A DNA stretch of 64,000 nucleotides. It comes from Candidatus Micrarchaeota archaeon (GTDB taxonomy: Archaea; Micrarchaeota; Micrarchaeia; Anstonellales; Bilamarchaeaceae). Below the pieces are notes generated by a model. That model ran no database searches. It was not told the DNA's origin and saw only the letters and a list, made by a program, of their open reading frames with translations. The translations under genes were made by a program, and so were the position numbers. Where the stretch lies: contig JBDRLQ010000020.1 of NCBI GenBank assembly GCA_043812915.1, forward strand, positions 23,109 to 87,108. Direction: 5' to 3'. This document shows positions 1-10,363 of the stretch, piece after piece. Within the stretch, counting starts at the first letter, position 1; the number at the start of each line of letters is the position of its first letter.

Positions 1-1337
1 CAGTCGCACGTGCTGGTCTCAGGGACCATGCTTCCCCCGCAACCGCACTTCCTTCCCCTGGCCTTCTCAGGGTAGAATGGCAGCTCAGATTCATCCGCGG
101 AGGCGGTCTTCCCGCATTTTTCGCAGTAGTAGAAGGGCAGTGGGGTCCCAAAGACCCTCTGCCTTGAAATCACCCAGTCCCATTCGACATTCTCCACCCA
201 GTCAATCAGGTAGCTTATCCCGAATTCAGGGACCCATTTCACCCTGTTCGCCAGCTCCTTGATTTTGCCGGCGGTGCTCTTGATGTCTGCGAACCACTGC
301 AGCGAAGGGAGCAGCTCCACCGTGCGCTTGCACCGGTCATGCACCTTCACGGTCTGCTCAAGCGGCTCCTTCCTGATTATCTTCCCCTCGGCCTCAAGCT
401 TCTCAAGCACTTTCTTCTTGGCATCCTCAACCTTCAGCCCGTCGAACTCGCCGGAGTTCTGAATCTTTCCATGCCTGTCTATAAGCTCAACCAGCGGGAG
501 CTTGTGCCTGTGCATCCACACCACGTCCTGGCTGTCACCGAACGTGCAGACCATCACAAGCCCGGAGCCGAATTCCTTGTCAACATCCTTGTCAGCTAAA
601 ACAGGAACCTCTTTCCCAAGCGCGGTTCGCACCTTCTTTCCCTCAAGGCCCTTGTATCTCTCATCGGTAGGGTCGAAAAGGACCGCTACGCAGGCGGGCA
701 TGAGCTCTGGCCTTGTCGTCGCAATCACAAGCTCCTCCCCATCCGGGCCCTCGAATTTCACGTGGTTGAGCTGCCCGCTTTTTCCTACATCCTCAAGCTC
801 GGCCTTCGCGACAGCCGAGACGCACTTGGGGCACCAGAAAACTGGATATTTGTCCCTGTAGATGAGCCTGTCCCCATACATCCTGATTAGCGAGTACTGC
901 ACTTTCCTATGATATTCCGGATCCATAGTGCGGTACTCATACTTCCAGTCCGGTGAGAATCCCATCTGGTTCATCTGGGATTTCATCCTGGCAATCATTT
1001 CTGTGCTGAACTCCACGCACTTCTGCCTGAACTGCTCGGGCGGAAGCCTCCCATGCTTCTTCTCGACCTTCACCTCGGTCGGGAACCCTTGGGTGTCCCA
1101 TCCCTGCGGGTAGTATACGTTGAATCCTTTCATCCGCTTGTACCTCGCTGCAAAATCGAAGTAGCAGTACGAGAGCACGTGACCCATATGCAGCTCCCCG
1201 CTGGTAAATGGGGGTGGGGTATCAATGGAATAGATTGGCCTGTCAGTGTCATCCTCATTGAAGTTGTAGGTGCCGTTCTCCGCCCAGTAGGCCTGCCATT
1301 TATCCTCTATGGTCCTGTCATATCTTTGCTGGAGCAT
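1..1337 (-). CDS. valS: Valyl-tRNA synthetase, archaeal type (5' part; runs off the window edge)
   Basis: My translation from ATG at 1337 gives MLQQRYDRTIEDKWQAYW...SIDTPPPFTSGELHMGHV (HIGH-like motif). It is absent from the ORF track because it is truncated. Confidence 0.93.
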   Translation of the reverse strand, partial: MLQQRYDRTIEDKWQAYWAENGTYNFNEDDTDRPIYSIDTPPPFTSGELHMGHVLSYCYFDFAARYKRMKGFNVYYPQGWDTQGFPTEVKVEKKHGRLPPEQFRQKCVEFSTEMIARMKSQMNQMGFSPDWKYEYRTMDPEYHRKVQYSLIRMYGDRLIYRDKYPVFWCPKCVSAVAKAELEDVGKSGQLNHVKFEGPDGEELVIATTRPELMPACVAVLFDPTDERYKGLEGKKVRTALGKEVPVLADKDVDKEFGSGLVMVCTFGDSQDVVWMHRHKLPLVELIDRHGKIQNSGEFDGLKVEDAKKKVLEKLEAEGKIIRKEPLEQTVKVHDRCKRTVELLPSLQWFADIKSTAGKIKELANRVKWVPEFGISYLIDWVENVEWDWVISRQRVFGTPLPFYYCEKCGKTASADESELPFYPEKARGRKCGCGGSMVPETSTCD

Positions 1338-1556
1338 AATGAATACCTCTGAAAACAGGTATTGCTATTGTTGCAAATAGCTATAAAACGATTTCACGCT
1401 GCCTTGGGCGGATAGCGTCCACCGATACTCCATCCTGCACGCTGAAAGTACCCATGCTGAGCATACTATCCGAGACTGCGGTAATCCCGAAGACCTTGGC
1501 GAATATCAGAGCCCGGCAATTACAAATTTTTCGGAATTTTCTATCCAAAGCGCGGC

Positions 1557-2336
1557 TCAGTCGATCATCATCTTCTGCCCGTCCCTGGCGGCAACGGTCT
1601 TTACGCCCGTGGCATTCTCAATCCTCCTGGCCTCGGCTCCGGGGCCTGCGCGGAGCATCTTCAGCCCGAAGTGCGACAATACGCAAATCTTCGGCTTTGC
1701 GATTTTCAGCAGCTCCATGACATTCGAGGTCTCAAGATGGTCCGGTATCCCGTCTGAAGCTGGCTTCAGGCAGTTCACGACCAGGAAATCGCATCCCCTT
1801 AGGCTCTCACCTAGCCCGTCGAAATAATTGGTGTCGCTGGTATATCCGATTACCTTCCCGCCAACGAACAGCTTGAAGCCGAACGCGGTCGGCTCGTCAT
1901 GGTCGATCCTGATTATCTCTATCTCGAATTCCCCGAACTTTGTTGCGAATTTCTTCCTCTCCCCGTATTTCGCGGTGTACACCTCTTCCATGTGGCCCTG
2001 GTGGAACCTGTCCACCGCCCGGTCGCCATTGCTGTCCCCATCAATCACATGGCCGCTGCCTATGAGTATCCCCTTCTTCCTGAGGGCATACCCGCTCATC
2101 GCCTCGCACATAACCATGCCGTCGTTGGAATGATCCACATGGTCATGGGTAATGATGACTGCGTCCAGCTTCAACGGGTCCTGCCTGAACTTGTTGCTGC
2201 TAATGAGCGCGCCAGGGCCCGGGTCCACATGTATGTTTCCAGAAGAAGAATTTATCCTGAATCCGCCTGTCAGCCGGACCTGCTTTATCAGGTTTATCCG
2301 GCCGCCTCCGGTCCCAAGGAAAACTATTTCGACCAA
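1557..2336 (-). CDS. MBL-fold metallo-hydrolase
   Basis: FLGTGGG start, THDHVDH motif, YTSDT and SHFG motifs. Confidence 0.9.
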   Translation of the reverse strand: MVEIVFLGTGGGRINLIKQVRLTGGFRINSSSGNIHVDPGPGALISSNKFRQDPLKLDAVIITHDHVDHSNDGMVMCEAMSGYALRKKGILIGSGHVIDGDSNGDRAVDRFHQGHMEEVYTAKYGERKKFATKFGEFEIEIIRIDHDEPTAFGFKLFVGGKVIGYTSDTNYFDGLGESLRGCDFLVVNCLKPASDGIPDHLETSNVMELLKIAKPKICVLSHFGLKMLRAGPGAEARRIENATGVKTVAARDGQKMMID

Positions 2337-2387
2337 TTGAGCACACCGGTAATAGGAATAAACGGCAAGCTCTAAATCCCTTCGGGT

Positions 2388-3284
2388 TCAGCCGACCATG
2401 CTGCAGAACTTGCATTCCTTCCCTGAAGAAGGCTCCCCGCACTTTTCGCAGATTGAAAATCTGGCCCCGGAATACTTCTGCCTAAGCGCGTCCTCAATCT
2501 CAATAAAACTCCCGACTACCTTGAACTTGGTGCCCGGGTGCCTCTCTTCGGTTTCATTGAGTATTTTCCGGATTTGGCTCCTGAAAGCTGCATGGGCGTA
2601 CGGGCATTCTATGTGCCTGATGTCAATCCCCTTGAGCATGGAGTACACAGCGATTTCTATCTCAGGGCTTTTCATGAGCGGCCTTATCCGCGGGACCATC
2701 CCGCCCTCATCGCCAGGATGATTGAGGTATCTTGCCAGCCTTGATGGCTCATTGCGCATGATATTCATCATCACTGTCTGGGCGACGTCATCAAGGTTGT
2801 GCCCGGTGGCCAGTTTGTCCGCGCCAACCTTCTTTGCCCCCCGGTTCAGCAGGTACCTCCTGACAACTCCGCAGTATGAGCAGGGGAGCTCGCCATTTTT
2901 GGATTTCACAATGGAATCAAGCGTCTTGCCCGCCTCCTTCCTGAACGAGAGCACTTCCAGCCGTATTCCAAGCTTCTTGCACTCGCTCTTGGCTACTTTC
3001 AGCGTGTCGGCCCGGTATCCCCTTATGCCCTCATCGATTGTCACTGCGACAAGCTCAAACGGCAAATCCTTCTGCAAATCATGCAGGCAGTGCAGCAGCA
3101 CGCAGCTGTCCTTGCCCCCGGACAATCCAACCGCGACCCTCTCGCCCTTCTTAATCATGGAATGCTGGCGGACCGTGGTTCTCACTCGCTTGTCGAACAT
3201 CCGCAGGAAATGCTTTTCACACAGATGCCTGTCCGCATAGGGAAGGAAAATTACGGCATATTCAGGACAGTGTGAGCATCTCAT
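2388..3284 (-). CDS. ttuA: tRNA 2-thiolation enzyme, TtuA/Ncs6 (TIGR00269-like)
   Basis: SGGKDS PP-loop, CxxC, GHNLDD, N- and C-terminal Zn fingers. Confidence 0.9.
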   Translation of the reverse strand: MRCSHCPEYAVIFLPYADRHLCEKHFLRMFDKRVRTTVRQHSMIKKGERVAVGLSGGKDSCVLLHCLHDLQKDLPFELVAVTIDEGIRGYRADTLKVAKSECKKLGIRLEVLSFRKEAGKTLDSIVKSKNGELPCSYCGVVRRYLLNRGAKKVGADKLATGHNLDDVAQTVMMNIMRNEPSRLARYLNHPGDEGGMVPRIRPLMKSPEIEIAVYSMLKGIDIRHIECPYAHAAFRSQIRKILNETEERHPGTKFKVVGSFIEIEDALRQKYSGARFSICEKCGEPSSGKECKFCSMVG

Positions 3285-3287
3285 GTT

Positions 3288-3476
3288 TCAACCGCCGAAA
3301 ACTACCTTGATTATCTCTACGCTGTCCTCTGGCCCGACATTTATGGTTTCGGGTGCGAGCCTTCCATTCACTTTGATTACTACTTCTTCCCTGCTCGCCC
3401 CCAACTCCTTCAGGAGCTCGGAAACAGTCCCTTTGAACTGCATGGATTTCTTCATGTTGTCAAAAACAAGGTTCAT
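3288..3476 (-). CDS. Ubiquitin-like sulfur carrier (ThiS/MoaD/SAMP family)
   Basis: 62 aa ending in VFGG, directly upstream of ttuA. Confidence 0.88.
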   Translation of the reverse strand: MNLVFDNMKKSMQFKGTVSELLKELGASREEVVIKVNGRLAPETINVGPEDSVEIIKVVFGG

Positions 3477-3508
3477 TATGTACTATCTCCGAAGAATAGA
3501 ATATAAAA

Positions 3509-4027
3509 CTAGCTTAGGAAACCCTTCACCGGCTTTTTGCTCTCGGTTGTCCCTCTAGGAGCCTTCAGCGAAAGCCTCTCAGTCTTTTCATTCCTTCTCT
3601 TTCCAATTGCCTCTGCCAGTCTGTCGAATGCAAGCATGGCCACGCCCTCATCGACGCTTTGCGCCTTTGCAGGCTCCTTTTTCGGGAGCATCTGCTCTAG
3701 CTCACCAAGCTTCTCTACTGGCAAGTGTTTCACAAGTTCCAAAAGCACCTTCAATGCAATGCTGCTATTTGATTCATTATTAAGCATCTCAAGAAGCTCG
3801 GGCACTGGAGTGAGGCTTTTGATTTCCCCAAGGGCCTGTGCAGCCATAGATCTGGAGCCATTCCCCTCTTTAATCTCCTTCATGAGTGCTGGAACTGCCC
3901 TTTCACCTTCCTGCACGAGCATAAACCTGCCTATCACGTTCTCCCTTGGATTGGGGTCACGCAGCGAAGCCATTTGCCGTTCAATATGAGTATCACTAAT
4001 GCCATAAATTCCGTGTGGTAAACGCAT
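3509..4027 (-). CDS. HEAT/PBS-lyase repeat protein
   Basis: AVPALMKE...AAQALGEIKSLTPVPELLEML repeats. Confidence 0.7.
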   Translation of the reverse strand: MRLPHGIYGISDTHIERQMASLRDPNPRENVIGRFMLVQEGERAVPALMKEIKEGNGSRSMAAQALGEIKSLTPVPELLEMLNNESNSSIALKVLLELVKHLPVEKLGELEQMLPKKEPAKAQSVDEGVAMLAFDRLAEAIGKRRNEKTERLSLKAPRGTTESKKPVKGFLS

Positions 4028-4121
4028 GTGTGAATGTGTACTTGGAAATGTTTAAAAATCTTTTACCGGGCTCCATCTTTTAAGAATTCCCTGCGAGAAA
4101 AAGCGACAAGGTGAATTCCTG

Positions 4122-5357
4122 ATGGAGATTACAGCGGTATGGGCAAGGGAGATTTTGGATTCAAGGGGAAACCCCACAGTGGAGGTCGATGTCGTCACAG
4201 AACAGTCCTTTGGCTCGGCAGCTGCCCCCAGCGGCGCATCCACTGGAAAGCACGAGGCTGTTGAGCTCCGAGATGGCGAGAAGCGCTATGGCGGAAAGGG
4301 GGTGCGGCGCGCGGTGGAGAATGTCAGAAGCATCATCGCGCCCGGAATCATCGGCATGGATGTCACTGACCAGGCCGGAATAGACGAGAAGATGAAGGAG
4401 CTCGACGGCACCCCGAACAAGGCGAAGCTTGGCGCAAATGCGATGGTGGCTGCCAGCATGGCCGCCTACCGCGCGGCAGCGGCCGGGGAAGGCAAGGCGG
4501 TATATGAGCGGCTTGGCGGGAATATCCTGCCGTACGCGATGTTCAACATCCTCAACGGCGGAAAGCACGCGGGCGGCAATCTCTCAATACAGGAATTCAT
4601 GGTAATCCCGAACGCGGACCTGTTCACGGACAGGCTCGCGATGGCCAGCGAAATATACCATGCGCTTGGAAAAGGGCTGGTCAGGAAGTATGGCCAGGGC
4701 GCAAAGAATGTCGGGGATGAGGGCGGATTCGCGCCTCAGATAGCCAGCGCGCATGACGCTCTCGAGGCTATCAGCGCCGCGGTGGAGGAAGTCGGCTACA
4801 AGGACTATTGCGGTCTTGCGCTGGATTCGGCGGCAGACTCATTCTATGACGAGAAGGCCAAGGAGTACAATGTCGATGGCAAGAAGCTGGATGAGGGCGA
4901 GCTGCTGGAATACTATGTTGAACTTACAAAGAAATACCGGATAGTGTCCATCGAGGATCCGTTCTATGAGGATAGCTTCGGGGCATTCGCCCAGCTCACC
5001 AAGAAGCTGGCCCCGAAAATACAGATTGTGGGGGATGATTTGCTAGTTACCAATGTGGAGAGGATAAAGACCGCAATCGAGCACAGGTCGGTAACTGCGC
5101 TTCTCCTGAAAGTGAATCAGATAGGGACTGTGACCGAGTCCCTGCAGGCTGCGCAGCTCTGCCGGGAGAATGGGATGAACGTCGTCGTAAGCCACCGCTC
5201 GGGGGAAACCTGCGATTCGTTCATAGCAGACCTGGCGGTGGGCCTGAACGCCGGGCAGATAAAGACCGGCGCGCCAGCCAGGGGGGAAAGGACAGCGAAA
5301 TACAACCAGCTTCTCCGGATTGAGGAGAAGCTTTTGCTGATGAGCCAAAAAACATAA
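4122..5357 (+). CDS. eno: Enolase
   Basis: DSRGNPTVE, GDEGGFAP, SHRSGET, KYNQLLRIEE. Confidence 0.98.
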   Translation: MEITAVWAREILDSRGNPTVEVDVVTEQSFGSAAAPSGASTGKHEAVELRDGEKRYGGKGVRRAVENVRSIIAPGIIGMDVTDQAGIDEKMKELDGTPNKAKLGANAMVAASMAAYRAAAAGEGKAVYERLGGNILPYAMFNILNGGKHAGGNLSIQEFMVIPNADLFTDRLAMASEIYHALGKGLVRKYGQGAKNVGDEGGFAPQIASAHDALEAISAAVEEVGYKDYCGLALDSAADSFYDEKAKEYNVDGKKLDEGELLEYYVELTKKYRIVSIEDPFYEDSFGAFAQLTKKLAPKIQIVGDDLLVTNVERIKTAIEHRSVTALLLKVNQIGTVTESLQAAQLCRENGMNVVVSHRSGETCDSFIADLAVGLNAGQIKTGAPARGERTAKYNQLLRIEEKLLLMSQKT

Positions 5358-5416
5358 CCTTCTAAAAGGTAATTCAAAAATATGATAACAATTAAATCTA
5401 CTTAATCGAATACCGA

Positions 5417-7168
5417 GTGGGCGACATGGCTGGACGGAAACCAAATCCTATGGATGCGAAAACCTACTACCAGACCGGCAATGATTATTATGAGAAAGCG
5501 GACTACGAGAAAGCCATCGAGAACTACAACATGGCGATTCTCCTCAACCCGGTCTTCTCAGAAGCCTACTTCAACAGGGCCCTTAGCTACTACCAGCTCA
5601 AGAACTTCGACAAGTCCGTTGCTGATTATACAAAGTCGATGGAGTTCGACCCCCAGAATCCGATTATCTACAATAACAGGGGAGATGCGTTCTATAGGAA
5701 GCAGGACTTCCAGAGCGCGGTCAAGGACTACGACAAGGCAATCTCCCTCAATCCAAATTACCTCAAGGCCTTCTACAACCGGGGCCTCTCTTACGCTTCC
5801 ATTGAGGAATACGAGAAGGCGATAGAGGACTTCTCCAAGGTCATAGAAATCAAGGCCGATTTCGCCGAGGCCTACCACCTTCGGGGCCTGGCGTATGAGT
5901 ATGCCGGCACCATGGCCTCGGCCATCGCGGATTATGAGAAGGCGCTGGAGCTGAACCCCGGCCTTGCAGAGGCCAAGACCCATCTTGAGAGCGCCAAGTC
6001 CAAGAAGGACCAGGATGGGAAAGGTGATGGGGGGGGAGACGGCAAGGGCACCACGGACATAAAGATGCTGCAGAAGCCGGACATGACCTTCGATGATGTT
6101 GCCGGAATGAAGAAGATGAAGGACCAGATAAAGGAGTCCATCGTCTATCCGATGATGAATCCCGACCTTGCAAGGAAATACGGCAAGCTCGGGGGCGGGG
6201 GTATCCTGATGTATGGGCCTCCAGGGTGCGGAAAGACGTTCATCGTGAAAGCCGCGGCTGGTGAATGCCATTCGGGATTCATCAACGCGAAGCTTTCTGA
6301 CCTGCTCGACATGTATGTCGGCAACACGGAAAAGAACATTCACAAGGTATTCGAGCTTGCGCGCACCAACACCCCATGCATGCTGTTCTTCGATGAAGTT
6401 GATGCTATCGGAGGGAGGCGTGACCAGGGCGAGGGTGCCCAGTACATGAAGATGGCCGTCAACCAGATGCTTTACGAGATGGACGGTGTGGAAGCCAACA
6501 ACCAGAACGTGCTGGTCATAGCGGCAACCAACGCGCCCTGGGATGTCGATCCTGCCCTGAGGAGGTCCGGCCGTTTCAGCAAGACGCTCTACATCGCAGA
6601 GCCGGATTACACATCAAGGGTCGCGATTCTAAAGCTCCACTCCACCAAGAGGCCAATTTCCAGGCTTATCCCATTCAAGCTACTTGGCATGTCCACGATT
6701 GGATATGCGTCTGCGGACCTGAAGGCCATCGTTGATGAGGCTGCAACATTCCCCTGGAAAGAGGCATTCTTCGGAATCCAGAAGAAGACCGAGGAGTTCA
6801 TGAAGCAGGGGATGGAGGCCGAAAAGGCCAAAGAGCTTGCCAAGAAGCAGGTCAGGCAGCGCTCAATCACTTCTGGGGACTTCGTTAAGGCGATGGTCAA
6901 GAAGAGGTCATCGCTTCCTCCCTGGTACGAGCAGGCCAAGAAGCAGATTGGAAAGCAGGAAGAGGTCACAATCATCGACGGAAAGGAGCACAAGAAAGTC
7001 ACTGAGAGCAAGATGGGGCCTGGAGAGAAGGATGCATTCAAGGACCTCCTGGGGACAATCAACGGGAGGAACTCCTGGCATATGAAAATCTACCTGGGCG
7101 CAATCCGTTTCCTGTCCATACTCCTGCTCAGGCTGTTCACACTCATTTTCGAGCGCCGGTTGGTATGA
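5417..7168 (+). CDS. TPR-repeat AAA+ ATPase (CDC48/Vps4-like AAA domain) with hydrophobic C-terminal tail
   Basis: About 5 TPRs (YYNRG/YFNRA), GPPGCGKT Walker A, FFDEVD Walker B, SRH motif DPALRRSGRF. Confidence 0.9.
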   Translation: MGDMAGRKPNPMDAKTYYQTGNDYYEKADYEKAIENYNMAILLNPVFSEAYFNRALSYYQLKNFDKSVADYTKSMEFDPQNPIIYNNRGDAFYRKQDFQSAVKDYDKAISLNPNYLKAFYNRGLSYASIEEYEKAIEDFSKVIEIKADFAEAYHLRGLAYEYAGTMASAIADYEKALELNPGLAEAKTHLESAKSKKDQDGKGDGGGDGKGTTDIKMLQKPDMTFDDVAGMKKMKDQIKESIVYPMMNPDLARKYGKLGGGGILMYGPPGCGKTFIVKAAAGECHSGFINAKLSDLLDMYVGNTEKNIHKVFELARTNTPCMLFFDEVDAIGGRRDQGEGAQYMKMAVNQMLYEMDGVEANNQNVLVIAATNAPWDVDPALRRSGRFSKTLYIAEPDYTSRVAILKLHSTKRPISRLIPFKLLGMSTIGYASADLKAIVDEAATFPWKEAFFGIQKKTEEFMKQGMEAEKAKELAKKQVRQRSITSGDFVKAMVKKRSSLPPWYEQAKKQIGKQEEVTIIDGKEHKKVTESKMGPGEKDAFKDLLGTINGRNSWHMKIYLGAIRFLSILLLRLFTLIFERRLV

Positions 7169-8349
7169 GCACAACCGTCATCAAGGGAGCCAAAGCATTC
7201 ATTGAGGGCAGATTCACGGATTGCGACGTTCTGATTAATGGCAGTGTGATTGCCGGCATTGGGAAAAACCTCAAGGGCGAGAAGAGTATGGATGCCAGGG
7301 GATTGGTTCTCCTTCCCGGGCTAATCGACCCTCATGTCCATCTGAGGCAGCCTGGCGCGGAATACAAGGAGGACTTCAATTCAGGCTCCAGGGCGGCTGT
7401 TGCCGGCGGGTTCACCACCATCATGGACATGCCGAACAACAATCCCCCCACAACCACCTTCGCCAGGCTGGAGGAGAAGAAGCTGCTGGCAAAGAAGGCT
7501 GTCTGCGATGTGAGATTCCACTTCGGGGGGACCGATGACAATTTCGAGGAAGTGCGCAAGGTCAATCCCGAGTCCATGAAGATTTACCTGGGCCTCACCA
7601 CTGGTGAATTATATCTCAGGCAGCCGCATTCGCTTGAGAGGCACTTCGAGAACATCTACCCCAAGAGCGTGCTCTTCTTCCATGCGAGCGCAAACGGCCC
7701 TGAAGAGCAGTCCATTGCAGATACCCTTGATAATATAGGGAGGGTGGGGGAACTTTCCGGGCGGTATCTCAGGAAGTTCCACATAGCACACGCCTCCTGC
7801 GGGGCTGAAGTTGCAAGGACAAGGGAATTCGAAAAGGGCACGGTGGAGGTGGCTCCGCATCATCTCTTCCTCAATTCAAAAGACGCTAAGAAGCTCGGGG
7901 TGAACGGCACGGTCTATCCCCCTCTCCGCTCCGAGAAGCGCAGGAAATCCCTGTGGAAGGAGTTTGACAAAATAGACTGCATCGGCTCTGACCACGCGCC
8001 GCACACATTGGAAGACAAGGAGGAAGGCGCGCACGGCTTCCCTGGCCTTGAAACCACCCTTCCGCTCATGCTTGACGCCTGCCACAGGAAGCTTTTCAGG
8101 CTGGAGGAAATAATCCCTATGATGAGCCACCGGCCAGCGCAGATATTCGGGCTTGAAAAAGTGGGCGAAATCAGGGAGGGCAATTTTGCAAATCTCACGC
8201 TGGTCGATTTGAAAAAAGAGTGGACTGTCAAGGGGGAGGAGCTCCAGACAAAATGCAAGTGGAGCCCCTATGACGGAAAAAAACTGAAAGGAAAAGTGCA
8301 TTCAGTGCTCTACAAAGGCAGGCTTGTCATTGAAGACGGGAAATTCTAA
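7165..8349 (+). CDS. pyrC: Dihydroorotase (type I amidohydrolase)
   Basis: PGLIDPHVHLR, DMPNN, SDHAPH, GFPGLET, SPYDG. Confidence 0.88.
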   Translation: MSTTVIKGAKAFIEGRFTDCDVLINGSVIAGIGKNLKGEKSMDARGLVLLPGLIDPHVHLRQPGAEYKEDFNSGSRAAVAGGFTTIMDMPNNNPPTTTFARLEEKKLLAKKAVCDVRFHFGGTDDNFEEVRKVNPESMKIYLGLTTGELYLRQPHSLERHFENIYPKSVLFFHASANGPEEQSIADTLDNIGRVGELSGRYLRKFHIAHASCGAEVARTREFEKGTVEVAPHHLFLNSKDAKKLGVNGTVYPPLRSEKRRKSLWKEFDKIDCIGSDHAPHTLEDKEEGAHGFPGLETTLPLMLDACHRKLFRLEEIIPMMSHRPAQIFGLEKVGEIREGNFANLTLVDLKKEWTVKGEELQTKCKWSPYDGKKLKGKVHSVLYKGRLVIEDGKF

Positions 8350-8408
8350 TCTCAGTTTCTACTTTCGGAGACTTGAATCAGGTTCCTTGACAGGCCCCAA
8401 AGCAAGTT

Positions 8409-8780
8409 TCACCACCCGTCAATCTTATCCTCAATGATCCGGGACCATCTCCTGATGATTGCCTTGAGTATCCCCCGGATATTCTCCTTGCTGTTGCATC
8501 GATATAAGAATATGTAGCCGCCTGAATCCAGGTTTCTCTGGCTGCGCAAAATGACTTTTTTCTCGGCAAGCTTCTTGACTGCCTTCTGGATTGTGGTTAG
8601 ATTGAGCTTGGTCCTGCGGGAAATCATGTTGGCTGCGAACTCCTGCCCGTGGTTTTGGACGAAGAACTGCAGTATCCTGAATTCTGCTCGTGTCAGCCCA
8701 AGGCTGCACTTGATTATATCATCAAGGTTGAACTGCTTGCATGCAAAATCTATCATTGCTCTCTGTTTCCCTCCGCCCAA
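8409..8780 (-). CDS. Archaeal wHTH transcriptional regulator (TrmB/MarR-like); true start may be MIDFAC
   Basis: IIKCSLGLT...TTIQKAVKKL...GGYIFLY pattern. Confidence 0.8.
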   Translation of the reverse strand: MGGGKQRAMIDFACKQFNLDDIIKCSLGLTRAEFRILQFFVQNHGQEFAANMISRRTKLNLTTIQKAVKKLAEKKVILRSQRNLDSGGYIFLYRCNSKENIRGILKAIIRRWSRIIEDKIDGW

Positions 8781-8825
8781 TAAATACGTTTCGGTTTTGA
8801 AAAAGAAAAGGAAGAAGAATGCAGG

Positions 8826-9971
8826 TCAGCTGCAGTCTATCGTCTCCCGGACGATGCCATTGCACTGGAGCTGCCGGCCAAGCAGGATGAAGAAGAGCAC
8901 AATCGCAACCACAAGGGCCGTCAGAATGGCAGCATATATTATCGGGCTCGGTACGAATACGCTGAAGACAAAGCTTCCAAGCACTGCGAAAGCGACAACC
9001 GGGCAGACCAGCCCCCACTGCGTCACATAGAATTCCTTCCTGAAGAAATAGTTCCGGAAGTAATCTTTCAGCAGGCTCATGCCAAAGAGCAAGTACCAGC
9101 TCTCGAAGGCGAATGCAACCGTCATCACTGCCATGAAATAGATGCCAAGGTGCTCGCCGAACTGGTTCTCCACATAGTGTCCTAGCCTGAATGCGCTTAT
9201 CGCATAAAGCGTGATGTTGGGCACCACTATGAGGAAGCTTGGCAGGAACTGCTTTGCGGGCATTCCTTTAGATGCGAAGTGGCTCTTGAATATCGCAATG
9301 AGCTTGACTGCCAAGAGGAACAGCCCCATGGTTCCCGAGACCAGCGACATGAAGGCAGCCGTGTGCGCAATGGCAGGGTCCTTGGCCATTGCCGCAATTC
9401 CAGTTCCTGTCACTGTAAGCATTCCAAGGGCAAACGGATGCAGGAGCCAGCCGAAGCTTACCTTGCTCACATCAAAGCTCTTCTCGAAAGCTATCTTGAG
9501 CAGCCTGATATCGGTCTTTATGAGCAGCAGCCATATCAGCCCCCATGCAAGGAGAGCCGGAGCCATCAGCGCCTGCAGGTTCTCCGCAAATAGCGGGATG
9601 AAGAATCGGACCGGTCCGATGAATACGTTCATGGTCATGATTATAGAAATGAAAGGCGCTACAATCGTTGCATTCCTGAGAGGATCGTTTAGCAGTGCCT
9701 TGTAGTCCTCTCTCTTCCACCCAAGCAGGTCCTTTATCAGGACTAATGTCAGGATTATGTGAATTGCTGCAAAGAGCAGCATGATTCCTTCCAGGGACAT
9801 GAAGAGCGCTTCATTGACAAGAGAAAGGGCTCCATGGTCAATCTGTGATAACTGCACAAGGCCAGGCCCATGCTCATATGTGTATTGGAAGAAAGCGAAT
9901 GGTATTATGGCTATCCCACCCGCTCCGAGGGGCATGAGGAAAATCAGGGGGTTGAACTTCTTCGAATTCAT
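8826..9971 (-). CDS. Multi-pass membrane protein, TsoY-like family
   Basis: About 10 TM helices; N-terminal FNPLIFLMPLGAGG and C-terminal LVCPVVAF resemble TsoY-family proteins (from memory); cotranscribed with thioredoxin. Confidence 0.65.
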   Translation of the reverse strand: MNSKKFNPLIFLMPLGAGGIAIIPFAFFQYTYEHGPGLVQLSQIDHGALSLVNEALFMSLEGIMLLFAAIHIILTLVLIKDLLGWKREDYKALLNDPLRNATIVAPFISIIMTMNVFIGPVRFFIPLFAENLQALMAPALLAWGLIWLLLIKTDIRLLKIAFEKSFDVSKVSFGWLLHPFALGMLTVTGTGIAAMAKDPAIAHTAAFMSLVSGTMGLFLLAVKLIAIFKSHFASKGMPAKQFLPSFLIVVPNITLYAISAFRLGHYVENQFGEHLGIYFMAVMTVAFAFESWYLLFGMSLLKDYFRNYFFRKEFYVTQWGLVCPVVAFAVLGSFVFSVFVPSPIIYAAILTALVVAIVLFFILLGRQLQCNGIVRETIDCS

Positions 9972-9973
9972 AA

Positions 9974-10306
9974 CTATCCCTCCAGCCCGGAGAGGGTGGA
10001 ATTGATTTTCTCCATCAGGGCGTCTTTAGGCATGAATCCGGAGAATCTGGCCACCTCTTTTCCCCTGTGGACAATCACCATGGTCGGGATGCTCGAGATT
10101 CCGAAAGCGGCCGATAGTTCCCGTTCTTTTTCGACATCTACTTTTGCGAATCTTAGTTTTTCCTGGCATTCCTTGCTCGCCTCCTCAAAGACCGGCTCCA
10201 TCATCTGGCATGGGCCGCACCAGGCCGCCCAGAAATCTATTATTGCCGGTGTTTCAGACTCAATCACATCCTTGTAGTCCTCTTTGGTAAGATGTTCTAC
10301 GCTCAT
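9974..10306 (-). CDS. trxA: Thioredoxin
   Basis: DFWAAWCGPC. Confidence 0.95.
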   Translation of the reverse strand: MSVEHLTKEDYKDVIESETPAIIDFWAAWCGPCQMMEPVFEEASKECQEKLRFAKVDVEKERELSAAFGISSIPTMVIVHRGKEVARFSGFMPKDALMEKINSTLSGLEG

Positions 10307-10351
10307 TTTATCAACCTCTTAAGCTTCTATGATGCATAACTTCTGATAAGC

Positions 10352-10363
10352 ATCAGTACTGAT
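10352..10363. promoter_or_regulatory. Perfect palindrome ATCAGTACTGAT; candidate operator of the trx-TsoY-HTH operon
   Basis: 12-bp palindrome between the TATA-like element (~10380) and the trx start; partial copy ATCAGTACT at 10421-10429. Confidence 0.5.
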
